A DNA stretch of 64,000 bases from Candidatus Poribacteria bacterium (GTDB lineage Bacteria; Poribacteria; WGA-4E; GCA-2687025). Position 1 is the first letter of the stretch, and each line of letters opens with the position of its first letter. The stretch covers positions 3,392,001 through 3,456,000 of the forward strand of contig OY762492.1 of NCBI GenBank assembly GCA_963665845.2. The letters run 5' to 3'. Below the pieces are notes generated by a model, which worked only from the letters and a program-made list of their open reading frames with translations, did not search any database and was not told where the DNA came from. The translations under genes and the position numbers were made by a program. Positions 1 to 9,884 of this stretch are shown piece by piece.

Positions 1-13
1 CGAGATTCGAACC

Positions 14-733
14 TTGAAAGGGCATGCGGGACCGGTGTTGTCAGCGTCGGCTTCACCAGACGAGCAGACGATCGCAAGCGGAGGGCATGACAAGACGGTT
101 CGCCTATGGGACGCCGAGACGGGCGCGCTCATCCATACGCTGGGCGGACATACCGACTGGGCGACCTCGATCGCCTTTTCGCCGGACGGCAAAGCGGTTA
201 TGAGCGGCAGCCTCGACTCAACCGTTCGGGTATGGGACGCGCAAACGGGCGGTCTGATACTGGAAACGAACCTGCTGCCCATGAATATCTACTCGGTCGG
301 CTATCTACAAAACGGCGACATGTTCGTTTCGGACGCAGCGCTGATACAGACGCTAGACCGAAAGAGGGGGCATCGGATCCAATGGATCGAAAGCCATATG
401 GCCGGCGAGGATGGGCTTCATGGCAACGCGCTCACGGGCGAGTATATCCCTCTTGACATCCCGAATAGGGTCTCGAATAGGGAGTATTACGAAAACTGGT
501 ATTTGGCGGCGGCCGTCTCGCCGGACGGCAAAACGGCCGCCGCCGGCGCCGTTGACAGCCTCCTCATTTTGATCGATATGGAGACGCGGAAATATAAGCG
601 GCTCTTCGGAGGGCATTCGTCTTCTGTCAAGTCGGCCGCATATTCGCCGGACGGGACGCGCCTCGCCAGCGGAGGGGAGGACGGTTCCGCTCTGATTTGG
701 CGTCTGCCGAAGACTGTTCAGGAGGTTGAATGA
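14..733 (+). CDS. WD40-repeat protein, 5'-truncated by the window edge (paralog 1 of a tandem array)
   Basis: Repeated GH...AFSPDG...SGSxDxTVRxWD blades. The C-terminus IWRLPKTVQEVE is shared with the next two genes. Confidence 0.9.
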   Translation: MKGHAGPVLSASASPDEQTIASGGHDKTVRLWDAETGALIHTLGGHTDWATSIAFSPDGKAVMSGSLDSTVRVWDAQTGGLILETNLLPMNIYSVGYLQNGDMFVSDAALIQTLDRKRGHRIQWIESHMAGEDGLHGNALTGEYIPLDIPNRVSNREYYENWYLAAAVSPDGKTAAAGAVDSLLILIDMETRKYKRLFGGHSSSVKSAAYSPDGTRLASGGEDGSALIWRLPKTVQEVE

Positions 734-2667
734 TGCGCTTGCGTTTGCTTTTTTGCGCCGCCGTTTGGATGTTAGCGGGCGTTGTTTCCGCTCAACAGTA
801 TGCGCCCGCCGCGACCATTTTTAATAAACACAAAAGTTATTCCGGCGGCGCGGCGCTCTCTGAAGACGGAAACATTCTGGCGCTCATAGGGCGGGAGGGG
901 GTCTGGCTTTATGACGGCGACACCTTTGAGACAATCAAGTTGTTGAGCGTCCCTGAAAATTTAGCCCCGCCCTTTAAAAATATCGCCGCGGCGGCGCTGT
1001 CCCCTGATGGAACGCTGGCTGCCGGCGGCTCCTTTTACGGCGCGGTTCTGATCTGGGATGTTGAATCGGGTCGGCTGCTGCATGCGCTGGGCGGTTCTAC
1101 AGGCAAGGTCGGCGCGGCGGCGTTTTCGATGGACGGCAAGACGCTCGCCGTCTCAGGCGACTCCAATAACAAAATACAGCTCTGGGATCCGCTGAAGGGT
1201 CAACTTAAAAAGACGATCAACGCGGAAATCAGCGGCGAGAAATCGATGGCGTTTTCGCCGGACGGGCGGACGATTGCGAGCGGACGTTGGGACGACTCGA
1301 TACAGCTCTGGGACGCCGAGACGGGCGATTTGAAAAAGACGTTGACTGGACATACCGGCAGGGTTTCTTGCCTCGCCTATTCTCCCGACGGCAAGACGTT
1401 GGCGAGCGGAAGTTGGGACTACACGGCGCGTCTCTGGGACATCGACACGGACAAGCCGCGCTCAACCGTTTTAGAAGGGCATTTGGAGATTGTCGAGTCG
1501 GTCGCTTTTTCTCCAGACGGCACAACCCTCGCCGCCGGCGCCGGCAGAGCGGTACGGCTCTGGGACGCCGAGACTGGACAGCTGAAGAAAACGCTGGTTG
1601 GAACGATGCCGCTTGAAAAGATACGTTTCTCTTTGAACGGCAAAACGCTTGCGGTGGAAGGGCGTTATGAAATACTGCTCTGGAATTTAGAGACCGGGGC
1701 GGAGATTATGCCGCTGGAGGGGCATACGGACGCGGTCGCCTCCATCGCATTTTCTAAAGACGGCGCGCTTGTTTTGACCGGCAGCCATGACAAGACGGTA
1801 CGCCTATGGAGCGCCGAAACGGGAGAGGCGGTCCGAACGCTGGAGGGGCATACAGAGAGAGTCAATTCCGCGGCGTTTTCGCCGGACAGCAAAGCGGTTT
1901 TAAGCGGAAGCCATGACAAGACGGTACGCCTATGGAGCGCCGAAACGGGCGAACTTGTCCGAACTTTAACAGGGCATACGGCGCCGGTATTGTCGGTTGC
2001 GTTCTCTCCTGACGGACGGACAGCGGCAAGCGCAGGGCATGACAAGACGGTGCGGATCTGGAATGTCGAGACGGGCGCGCCGCTTCATACGCTGGGCGGG
2101 CATACGGACTGGGCGACATCTGCCGCGTTCTCGCCGGACGGCAAGACGGTATTGAGCGGCGGGCTTGATATGACGATACGAGTCTGGAACGCGCCGACAG
2201 GCGAATCCATACGCGCCGAGAAACCGTACTTTGAAATTTTCTCGGTCGGCTATTTGCAGGACGGCGGCATGTACGCCTCAGGCGGCTCCCAGATTCTGTT
2301 CATGTATTCGGACGGCAGAAACAGAAACATGCTTGAAAGCCATATGCAAGGCGAAGACCATATGAATAGCGACGCGCTCACAGGAGAATGGGTTCCGATC
2401 GGGATCCCGAACGCGGATTTTTATGAAAACTGGTACCATGCCTTCGCTGTCTCGCCGGACGGCAAAACGGTCGCGGCAGGCGCGCGGGACAGCCTGGTTG
2501 TGTTGATCGATGAAGCGACTCACAAAAATAAAATGTTTTTCGGCGGGTTTTCGGCGCCTATCAAGTCGCTCGCCTATTCGCCGGACGGGCGGCTTCTTGC
2601 CGGCGGCGCCAAAGACGGTTCCGCTATGATTTGGCGGCTGCCGAAGCATGTTCAGGAGGTTGAATAA
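730..2667 (+). CDS. Secreted WD40-repeat beta-propeller protein (paralog 2)
   Basis: Signal peptide MRLRLLFCAAVWMLAGVVSA and many WD40 repeats. The start overlaps the upstream stop, and a GGAGG RBS lies in the QEVE codons. Confidence 0.92.
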   Translation: MMRLRLLFCAAVWMLAGVVSAQQYAPAATIFNKHKSYSGGAALSEDGNILALIGREGVWLYDGDTFETIKLLSVPENLAPPFKNIAAAALSPDGTLAAGGSFYGAVLIWDVESGRLLHALGGSTGKVGAAAFSMDGKTLAVSGDSNNKIQLWDPLKGQLKKTINAEISGEKSMAFSPDGRTIASGRWDDSIQLWDAETGDLKKTLTGHTGRVSCLAYSPDGKTLASGSWDYTARLWDIDTDKPRSTVLEGHLEIVESVAFSPDGTTLAAGAGRAVRLWDAETGQLKKTLVGTMPLEKIRFSLNGKTLAVEGRYEILLWNLETGAEIMPLEGHTDAVASIAFSKDGALVLTGSHDKTVRLWSAETGEAVRTLEGHTERVNSAAFSPDSKAVLSGSHDKTVRLWSAETGELVRTLTGHTAPVLSVAFSPDGRTAASAGHDKTVRIWNVETGAPLHTLGGHTDWATSAAFSPDGKTVLSGGLDMTIRVWNAPTGESIRAEKPYFEIFSVGYLQDGGMYASGGSQILFMYSDGRNRNMLESHMQGEDHMNSDALTGEWVPIGIPNADFYENWYHAFAVSPDGKTVAAGARDSLVVLIDEATHKNKMFFGGFSAPIKSLAYSPDGRLLAGGAKDGSAMIWRLPKHVQEVE

Positions 2668-4607
2668 TGCGCTTGCGTTTGCTTTTTTGCGCCGCCGTTT
2701 GGATGTTAGCGGGCGTCGTCTCCGCTCAACAGTATGCGCCCGCCGCCGCCATTTTTGATGAACACAAAAGTTATTCCGGCGGGGCGGCGTTCTCTAAAGG
2801 AGGAAACATGCTGGCGCTCATAGGGCGCGAAGGGGTCTGGCTTTATGACGGCGACTCCTTTGAGACAATCAAGATGTTGGAGATTCCTGAAAATTTAGCC
2901 CCGCCCTTTAAAAATATCGTCGCGGCGGCGCTTTCCCCTGATGGAGCTTTGGCTGCCGGCGGCTCCTTTTACGGCGCGGTTCTGATCTGGGATGTTGAAT
3001 CGGGTCGGCTGCTGCATGCGCTGGGCGGTTCTACAGGCAAGGTCGGCGCGGCGGCGTTTTCGATGGACGGCAAGACGCTCGCTGTCTCAGGCGACTCCAA
3101 TAACAAGATACAGCTTTGGGATCCGCTGAAGGGCCAACTTAAAAAGACGATTGACGCGGAAATCAGCGGCGAGAAATCGATGGCGTTTTCGCCGGACGGG
3201 CGGACGATTGCAAGCGGAAGTTGGGACGACTCGATACAGCTCTGGGACGCCGACACGGGCAATTTGAAAAAGACGTTGACTGGACATACCGGCAGGGTTT
3301 CTTGCCTCGCCTATTCTCCTGACGGCAAGACGTTGGCGAGCGGAAGTTGGGACTACACGGCGCGTCTCTGGGACGCCGACACGGGCGAACCGCGCTCAAC
3401 CATTTTGAAGAGTCATATGGAGATTGTCGAGTCGGTCGCTTTTTCTCCAGACGGCAAAACCCTCGCCGCCGGCGCCGGCAGAGCGGTACGGCTCTGGGAC
3501 GCCGAAACTGGACAGCTGAAGAAAACGCTGGTTGGAACGATGCCGCTCGAAAAGATACGTTTCTCTTTGAACGGCAAAACGCTTGCGGTGGAAGGGCGTT
3601 ATGAGATACTGCTCTGGAATTTGGAAACGGGGGCGGAGATTGTACCGCTGGAGGGGCATACCGACGCGGCCGCCTCAATAGCGTTTTCTAAAGACAGCGC
3701 GGCCGTTCTGACCGCCAGCCATGATCAAACGATACGCATATGGAGCGTCGAAACTGGAGAGACGATTCGAACGCTGGAGGGTCATACCGACGCGGTCCAT
3801 TCCGCCGTATTTTCTATAGACGAAAAACATGTGTTGAGCGGCGGGCATGACAAGACGGTACGGCTCTGGAACGCGGAAACAGGAGAGTTGATACGGACGC
3901 TGAAAGGGCATACGGCGCCTGTGTTGTCGGCGGCGCTTTCTCCTGACGGACGAACGGCGGCAAGCGCAGGGCATGACAAGACCGTACGACTCTGGAATGT
4001 CGAGACGGGCGCGCCGCTTCATACGCTTGGAGGGCATACCGATTGGGCGACCTCCGCCGCGTTCTCGCCGGATGGCAAAGCGATTTTGAGCGGCAGCCTT
4101 GACCGCTCCATACGGCTCTGGAATGCGCAGACGGGGGAGCCGATAGAATCGATGCATTCGCATGTGCAAGAGGCGCTTTCGGTCGGCTTTATGCGGAACG
4201 GAAACCTCATCGCGTCGGGCGCCACTCTCATTAACATTAGCAACGCGCGGCGGAATTATTCCTGTCATTGGGTTCAAGGACATATGGCGGGCGAGGACGG
4301 GATGAACAACAACGCGCTTACGGGCGAGCTTTTTCCGTCTGAAATTACGACAGCGGAGCTGTATGAGAAATGGTTTATGGCGGCGGCTGTCTCTCCGGAC
4401 AGCAAAACGGCCGCCACTGGGACGGTGGACGGACTGATTCTGTTCATCGATGTCAAGACGCGCGCTTATCAAACACTCTTGGGCGGGCGGCTGTCGGCTG
4501 TCAAGTCGTTGGCGCATTCTCCTGACGGGCGGCGCCTCGCTGTAGGGTACGAGGACGGTTCCGCTCTGATTTGGCGGCTGCCGACGACTGCCCAGGAGGT
4601 TGAATGA
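2667..4607 (+). CDS. Secreted WD40-repeat beta-propeller protein (paralog 3)
   Basis: Nearly identical to paralog 2 over the N-terminal half. TAATG stop/start overlap. Confidence 0.92.
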   Translation: MRLRLLFCAAVWMLAGVVSAQQYAPAAAIFDEHKSYSGGAAFSKGGNMLALIGREGVWLYDGDSFETIKMLEIPENLAPPFKNIVAAALSPDGALAAGGSFYGAVLIWDVESGRLLHALGGSTGKVGAAAFSMDGKTLAVSGDSNNKIQLWDPLKGQLKKTIDAEISGEKSMAFSPDGRTIASGSWDDSIQLWDADTGNLKKTLTGHTGRVSCLAYSPDGKTLASGSWDYTARLWDADTGEPRSTILKSHMEIVESVAFSPDGKTLAAGAGRAVRLWDAETGQLKKTLVGTMPLEKIRFSLNGKTLAVEGRYEILLWNLETGAEIVPLEGHTDAAASIAFSKDSAAVLTASHDQTIRIWSVETGETIRTLEGHTDAVHSAVFSIDEKHVLSGGHDKTVRLWNAETGELIRTLKGHTAPVLSAALSPDGRTAASAGHDKTVRLWNVETGAPLHTLGGHTDWATSAAFSPDGKAILSGSLDRSIRLWNAQTGEPIESMHSHVQEALSVGFMRNGNLIASGATLINISNARRNYSCHWVQGHMAGEDGMNNNALTGELFPSEITTAELYEKWFMAAAVSPDSKTAATGTVDGLILFIDVKTRAYQTLLGGRLSAVKSLAHSPDGRRLAVGYEDGSALIWRLPTTAQEVE

Positions 4608-4629
4608 CGGCGCGCCGGCGCGGTTCGGG

Positions 4630-6594
4630 TCATGATTCCGTTTCGGCTTCTTTGGCGGAGTTGCGCCTCATAATAAAAAAGAGGCCCGCCAAAAGAAGCA
4701 GCAAGAGAGCCGCCGCTCCGCCCATCAGCAGCTGCAGACGATTTGCGCTTCCCTGTTTGGCGCTCGGCATCTTCAGCGCCGCCATCAGCTTGGGCGGAAA
4801 CTCAAACACGATAGGGGCGCCGGCGCTGTCAACGATTGTACCGCCGGCGTCGCGGAACGGGATTTTCACAGAGTCGCCCACAACCTGAACCTCCAGCCCG
4901 ATATACTCGACTTCTCGGATGATTTCAAAAAAAAGGCGCCGCAGCTCCTTGGCGCGTTCCTCGCGCGCCGCCTCCCGCTCCGCCAGCTCCACATCCAGTT
5001 TCGTCAGCTCATATACGATCTGGTCCATGAGACTTTCAATGCCTCTATTGGACCGGGACCGCCGCATCTGGGTAGGGGTCAATCCTCTCCGATTGGGGCG
5101 GACGATCGCCCTCTCGACAATATGATGGATTTTGTCCATATGGCTGAATTCAAAATCCACCCACTCCCACGGGAGATCCCACAATGCCTCCGTAAGATCC
5201 TTCGCATATGGGTCGCCGTTGATACTCTTCCTTATCTTGAGCAGCGATTCCAACTCCGATGTGAACTTGTTGCCGCCGCCTCCGCCGCCTCCGCCTGAAG
5301 GATCGTTATAATGAAAATACAGCGTCTGGTGGCGCTCATTGTACCGCGCCATGGAATTGCTGTCCGGCGTCATCTTATGGATTTGGCGCATCTGCTGGAG
5401 ATACAGCTGGCGCAGGATCGGTATGCGCTCATCAACCGGCGTCTTTTCCGCTTCCATCTGTTCATTTCGGAGCAGCAGCTGGGAGCCAACCTCCGAGAAC
5501 AGATTGGAAAGGTTATACGCTATGACAGATTTTGGAGCTTCGGCGACGAGTTCCCGCCCATGTTCAACCAGCGGATGGATCGCCTTTTCCAGATACGCCG
5601 CGAAGTTCAAGGAGGGAGGCGGCGCGGACGGTTTAGCGGAGTCAGGTTGTACGTCCGCATCCAGCCCTAGAATGCGCATCAACGAATACGGATATCTGAA
5701 GGCCATCGGGTCGCCGGCGGCGTCAACCCTCTGCCCGCCGATATTCCGGTCTAAAAAGACAATCCAACCAAGATCCTCATCGTAGTGAACAATCGGCCAT
5801 ATCTCGCCGACCCGCTGAACGGTTTCTAAAAACCGCTCGCGCAGTTTCTGGGAGCGCTCCTCGTCGGTCAGATTCTGTTCGCCCAGCTGAATATCCAGTT
5901 TAGCGAGCTCATAGACGACAGCGTCAACCATGGAGCCGGCGCCGGCTGGAAACTCTAGTTTAAGCGCGACACGGGATGCCGTATCGTCTACCGGCAACTT
6001 CGGCTTTGCGCGGCGCAGATTGAGATAATCATGGTTTGCGAAGGAGAAATCGTTCCATCTGCTGCTCAGCGTCTTCAAAGCGAACAACAGATTCTCCGAA
6101 TATGAATCGTAGCCTTCGATATGATATTGCCCGATATTGAGCAATTCCTGCAGTTTTAAAGAGAGACTGACGGCGCCGCCCCCGCCGGAGTACTCGCCGG
6201 ACGATCGGACATTGTAATGGTAAAATTTCAGCGATTGCATCTGCTCATTGTAGAACGCCGCGGAGGCGCCGTCCGTCTTCATCTCATGGATTTTGCGCAT
6301 CTGCTGGAGATACAGCCGGCGCAGGATCGGGACGCGCTGATAAACCGGCGTATCTTCCTGGCGCAGCCGCGCGTTCTCTTGAAGCAGCTGTTGCCCGACA
6401 TCCGTAAACAGGGCGCTCAAGTCTTTCGCTATGGACGAGTTTGGATCGTCTTCGGCAAGTTCCTCCCCCTCTTTTTTCAGCTCTTCAACGCCCGCTTTCA
6501 GCTCGCGGGTGAAAGAAGCGTCGTCGGCGCGCAGCGGCAGGCATACAAACGCCAGCATAACAAAAACGGCGGTCGTCCAGGCGGTTCGGGTCAT
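4630..6594 (-). CDS. Hypothetical exported protein with an internally duplicated ~300-aa helical domain and a C-terminal membrane anchor
   Basis: N-terminal signal peptide. Two copies each of PILRxLYLQQMRxIH and VYELxKLD. C-terminal hydrophobic stretch followed by RR. AAGGAG RBS. Confidence 0.8.
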   Translation of the reverse strand: MTRTAWTTAVFVMLAFVCLPLRADDASFTRELKAGVEELKKEGEELAEDDPNSSIAKDLSALFTDVGQQLLQENARLRQEDTPVYQRVPILRRLYLQQMRKIHEMKTDGASAAFYNEQMQSLKFYHYNVRSSGEYSGGGGAVSLSLKLQELLNIGQYHIEGYDSYSENLLFALKTLSSRWNDFSFANHDYLNLRRAKPKLPVDDTASRVALKLEFPAGAGSMVDAVVYELAKLDIQLGEQNLTDEERSQKLRERFLETVQRVGEIWPIVHYDEDLGWIVFLDRNIGGQRVDAAGDPMAFRYPYSLMRILGLDADVQPDSAKPSAPPPSLNFAAYLEKAIHPLVEHGRELVAEAPKSVIAYNLSNLFSEVGSQLLLRNEQMEAEKTPVDERIPILRQLYLQQMRQIHKMTPDSNSMARYNERHQTLYFHYNDPSGGGGGGGGNKFTSELESLLKIRKSINGDPYAKDLTEALWDLPWEWVDFEFSHMDKIHHIVERAIVRPNRRGLTPTQMRRSRSNRGIESLMDQIVYELTKLDVELAEREAAREERAKELRRLFFEIIREVEYIGLEVQVVGDSVKIPFRDAGGTIVDSAGAPIVFEFPPKLMAALKMPSAKQGSANRLQLLMGGAAALLLLLLAGLFFIMRRNSAKEAETES

Positions 6595-6642
6595 GACGTC
6601 TCCTTACAATCGATGCGGTCAACCTTTGACGCAACGCTGTAT

Positions 6643-6659
6643 AGCAACATTCGTGCCAA
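6643..6659 (-). promoter_or_regulatory. Sigma54 (-24/-12) promoter for the 6594..4630 gene
   Basis: The minus strand reads TTGGCACGAATGTTGCT, matching TGGCACG-N4-TTGCW, about 50 bp upstream of the ATG. Confidence 0.75.
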
Positions 6660-6770
6660 GACGCATCCGGCAGCGGAAAATGCGTTGTAATCGACCGCCT
6701 AATGCGCATCAACCCGCTTCAATACAGGCGCGGAGCGTCATACCGCAGCCGACCGCAGCCGAAAACCAAA

Positions 6771-6819
6771 ACGTACCATATGGTTACGTCTCCGCCTCAA
6801 AACGTACCATTTGGTACGT
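6771..6819. promoter_or_regulatory. Tandem palindromic operator / upstream activator sites
   Basis: ACGTACCA-TA-TGGTTACGT (6771-6789) and the perfect ACGTACCA-TT-TGGTACGT (6802-6819); their starts are 31 bp apart. Confidence 0.65.
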
Positions 6820-6836
6820 CCGCCGCTGAAACAGAT

Positions 6837-7070
6837 CGGCAGTACGCTTATACGGGGATATTCGCGCCGCCGCGTCCGATTCCCCCTTGAAAAGGGGGGC
6901 TAGGGGGGTTTAAAGGGCGGGCGCGGCGTCTGCGCCGCCTAAGATTCCCGCTTGCGCGGGAATGACGGCTTGGTTGGCGACGCCTTTTCCCATGAATAAA
7001 GGTTTTGTTGGTTCAGATGTCCCAACTTTAGGCATGAGGTCAGAACCCCCTAGCCCCTTTTCAAGGGGGA
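6837..7070. repeat. Composite intergenic repeat (CGGCAGTACGCT end, CCCCCTTGAAAAGGGGGGCTAGGGGGG hairpin, dRS3-like palindrome, GTCCCAAC..AGGTCAG end)
   Basis: The same modules recur near 9890, 22130, 37300, 53780, 57130 and 62744. Confidence 0.8.
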
Positions 7071-7188
7071 ATGAGCCGCGCCCGCGCCGCCCTTCTCGCC
7101 GCCCTTCTCAAGGAGCGGTTGCGGTTTAAACCAAAATAGACGATCATGGCGCCGCTTCAAAATGCGACTCAACCGAAAAGGAGAACGA

Positions 7189-8667
7189 ATGAAAGCGGTC
7201 ATGGTCATGTTCGACTCGCTCAACCGGCATATGCTGCCGCCGTATGGATGCGATTGGACGCATGCGCCCAATTTTCAGCGGCTCGCCGAGCGTTCCGCCG
7301 CGTTTGACCGATCCTACATCTGTTCAATGCCTTGCATGCCCGCCCGGCGCGACCTCCACACCGGGCGCCCCAACTTCCTTCACCGCAGCTGGGGACCGCT
7401 GGAGCCGTTCGACGACTCGGTTCCGCGCATGCTGCGTCAAAACGGCGTCAGCTCCCATCTCATCAGCGACCATTACCATTACTGGGAAGCGGGCGGCGCC
7501 ACCTACCACACCCAGTACAGCACATGGGAATTCTTCCGCGGACAGGAAGGCGATCCGTGGAAAGGGCAGGTTGCCGATCCGCCGAAAGTGGACGCCGCCG
7601 GACGCAACGCCGCCGACAATGTATGGCATCGACAAGACCGCATCAACCGCGAATTCATGCGCAGAGAGCAGGATTTCTCCCAAGCAAAAACTTTTGACGC
7701 CGGCGTCGAATTCATCAACCGAAACGCAAACGAAGACAACTGGTTTCTCCAGATCGAAACCTTCGACCCGCATGAGCCGTTTTACGCCCACCGCTCCTTC
7801 AAAGACCGGTACCCTGAACATTACGCCCACTACGACGGGCCGCTCCACGATTGGCCGCCGTATTCAAAGGTGACCGAAACGCGCGAGCAGGTTGAACATA
7901 TGCGGTATGAGTACGCCTCGCTGCTGACGATGTGCGACTCAAAACTGGGCAATATCCTTGACCTGATGGACGAACACGGCATGTGGGACGACACGATGCT
8001 GGTCGTCTGGACTGACCACGGCTTCCTGCTGGGCGAGCATGATATGTGGGCGAAATGCTGGATGCCGTTTTATGAGGAGGTGGCGCATACGCCGTTCTTT
8101 GTGTGGGACCCGCGCTCCGGCGTTCAAGGCGAACGGCGGCAAAGCCTCGTTCAGCCCTCCATCGACCTCGGTCCGACGCTGCTGGATTTCTTCGACTTAG
8201 AGCCGACCGAGGACATGACCGGCAAGCCGCTGACCGACGTTGTCGCCAAGGATGAGCCGCAGCGCGAAGCGGCCATCTTCGGACAGCACGGGCATCAGGT
8301 GAACTGCGTCGCCGGGCGGTATGCATATATGCGCGGACCCGCCGCCGAAGACAATCAGCCGCTTTACGACTACACGCTCATGCCGACGCGCATGCGGGCG
8401 CATTTTTCGGTGAATGAGCTGCGCGGAAATGTGGAACTCGCCGACCCGTTCTCCTTCACCAAAGGATGCCAGACGATGAAGATACGCAGCGGCGGACGCA
8501 GCGGAATTCATCGATACGGCTCGCTTCTGTTCGATCTGGAAAACGATCCGAAGCAGGAAAACCCGCTGGACGATCCGGCGGTTGAGCGGCGCATGACCGC
8601 GCATATGCAGCGGCTCATGCAGGAGTGCGCGGCGCCCGAAGAGCAGTATGAGCGGCTTGGGCTGTAA
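7189..8667 (+). CDS. Formylglycine-dependent sulfatase (no signal peptide)
   Basis: CMPARRDLHTG (CxPxR), DPHEPF and TDHG motifs. AAAGGAG RBS before the ATG at 7189. Confidence 0.92.
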   Translation: MKAVMVMFDSLNRHMLPPYGCDWTHAPNFQRLAERSAAFDRSYICSMPCMPARRDLHTGRPNFLHRSWGPLEPFDDSVPRMLRQNGVSSHLISDHYHYWEAGGATYHTQYSTWEFFRGQEGDPWKGQVADPPKVDAAGRNAADNVWHRQDRINREFMRREQDFSQAKTFDAGVEFINRNANEDNWFLQIETFDPHEPFYAHRSFKDRYPEHYAHYDGPLHDWPPYSKVTETREQVEHMRYEYASLLTMCDSKLGNILDLMDEHGMWDDTMLVVWTDHGFLLGEHDMWAKCWMPFYEEVAHTPFFVWDPRSGVQGERRQSLVQPSIDLGPTLLDFFDLEPTEDMTGKPLTDVVAKDEPQREAAIFGQHGHQVNCVAGRYAYMRGPAAEDNQPLYDYTLMPTRMRAHFSVNELRGNVELADPFSFTKGCQTMKIRSGGRSGIHRYGSLLFDLENDPKQENPLDDPAVERRMTAHMQRLMQECAAPEEQYERLGL

Positions 8668-8682
8668 AAGCGGAGGCGGACG

Positions 8683-9879
8683 ATGGCGCATCTGAAAATG
8701 CCTGTGATGGCATGGTACGGCGACAAACAGGCGTCGCTGTCGATACCGGACAGCTGGCGGACGGAGAGACGCGTACCGCCGTTCAGCCCGCCGTTGACGC
8801 GGGAGCAGATGCGCGCCGCGCTTCAAAATCCGATCGCGACGCCCGACCTGCGCGAAATGGCGCGGCTGAAGTCGGCGCGTTCCGCCGCGGTGGTGGTGGA
8901 GGACATGACCCGCCCGACGCCTGCGCGTCTCTTCATACCGCTTCTGCTGGAGGAGCTGCGCGCCGCCGGTTTGGGGGAAGACGCGGTTCGGTTCGTCTTC
9001 GCCTTAGGTTGCCACCGCCAGGCGCCGCGCGCCGAGATGGTCAAAAAGCTGGGGCATAATGTCGTCGGACGGTATGAGACGCTGAACCATGACCTGACCG
9101 GCAAATTCCGCGATTTAGGCGTCTCCGAACGCGGCGTCCCGATACGCATCAGCGAGGCGGTCATGTCAGCCGACCTGAAGATACTGATCGGAACCGCCTA
9201 TCCGAGAGGCGGCACCGGCTACGGCGGCGGCGCCAAATGCCTTGCGCCTGGAGTCGCCTCATTTGAAACGATCAAGGCGTACCATGGGCTGCGCGGCGGA
9301 GAGCATCTGCAAACGGACAGCGACATGCGCCAGGAGATTGAACAGATCGCGCGGACCGCCGATATCGATTTTATCGTGAACGCCGTTTTGAACGGGAAAC
9401 GGCAGATCATCGGTCTCTTTGCGGGCGATGTCGTCCGGGCGCACCGAGCGGCGGCAAGATGCGTCAACAAAACGGCGCTGACGCCCATGGCGGAGGAGGC
9501 GGATGTTGTCATTTCAAACGCCTACCCGTTCGACACCAACCTGCGCTACACATGGCGCGGAACATGGGCGTTTGAGGCGCATCCGAACGCGCTGCATATT
9601 CTGGTCGACTATTCGCCGGAGGGGTCGGGTTACCATCAGCTGTATAAGGCGGGGGGCGTTCCGTTTGCGCCGCCGCCGAGCGGGGAGCCGTCGTTTCATC
9701 TGTATTCGCCGCTGGTCGGCGCGCGGGAGGTGAACGAAGTCTTGGCGAATGTTCAGCATCATGCGTCTTGGGAGAGCGTCCTTCAGCTTGTCCAAGAGAA
9801 GAAGGGGGAGACGCCCAGAATCGCGTTTTATCCGTATGCGGGCGTTAGTTGGCGGGCGGATTTCGGATTCCCTCCTTGA
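8683..9879 (+). CDS. LarA-superfamily (DUF2088) nickel-pincer racemase/epimerase-like protein
   Basis: VVEDMTRPTP, ALGCHR and GYGGGAKCLAPG motifs typical of the LarA N-terminal domain. Confidence 0.8.
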   Translation: MAHLKMPVMAWYGDKQASLSIPDSWRTERRVPPFSPPLTREQMRAALQNPIATPDLREMARLKSARSAAVVVEDMTRPTPARLFIPLLLEELRAAGLGEDAVRFVFALGCHRQAPRAEMVKKLGHNVVGRYETLNHDLTGKFRDLGVSERGVPIRISEAVMSADLKILIGTAYPRGGTGYGGGAKCLAPGVASFETIKAYHGLRGGEHLQTDSDMRQEIEQIARTADIDFIVNAVLNGKRQIIGLFAGDVVRAHRAAARCVNKTALTPMAEEADVVISNAYPFDTNLRYTWRGTWAFEAHPNALHILVDYSPEGSGYHQLYKAGGVPFAPPPSGEPSFHLYSPLVGAREVNEVLANVQHHASWESVLQLVQEKKGETPRIAFYPYAGVSWRADFGFPP

Positions 9880-9884
9880 GAAGG

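Noticed and set aside
14-4607. Diversity-generating retroelement acting on the WD40 array or on the 12385-14722 paralogs
   Set aside because: No reverse transcriptase in the window, and the differences between copies include indels and are not adenine-specific.
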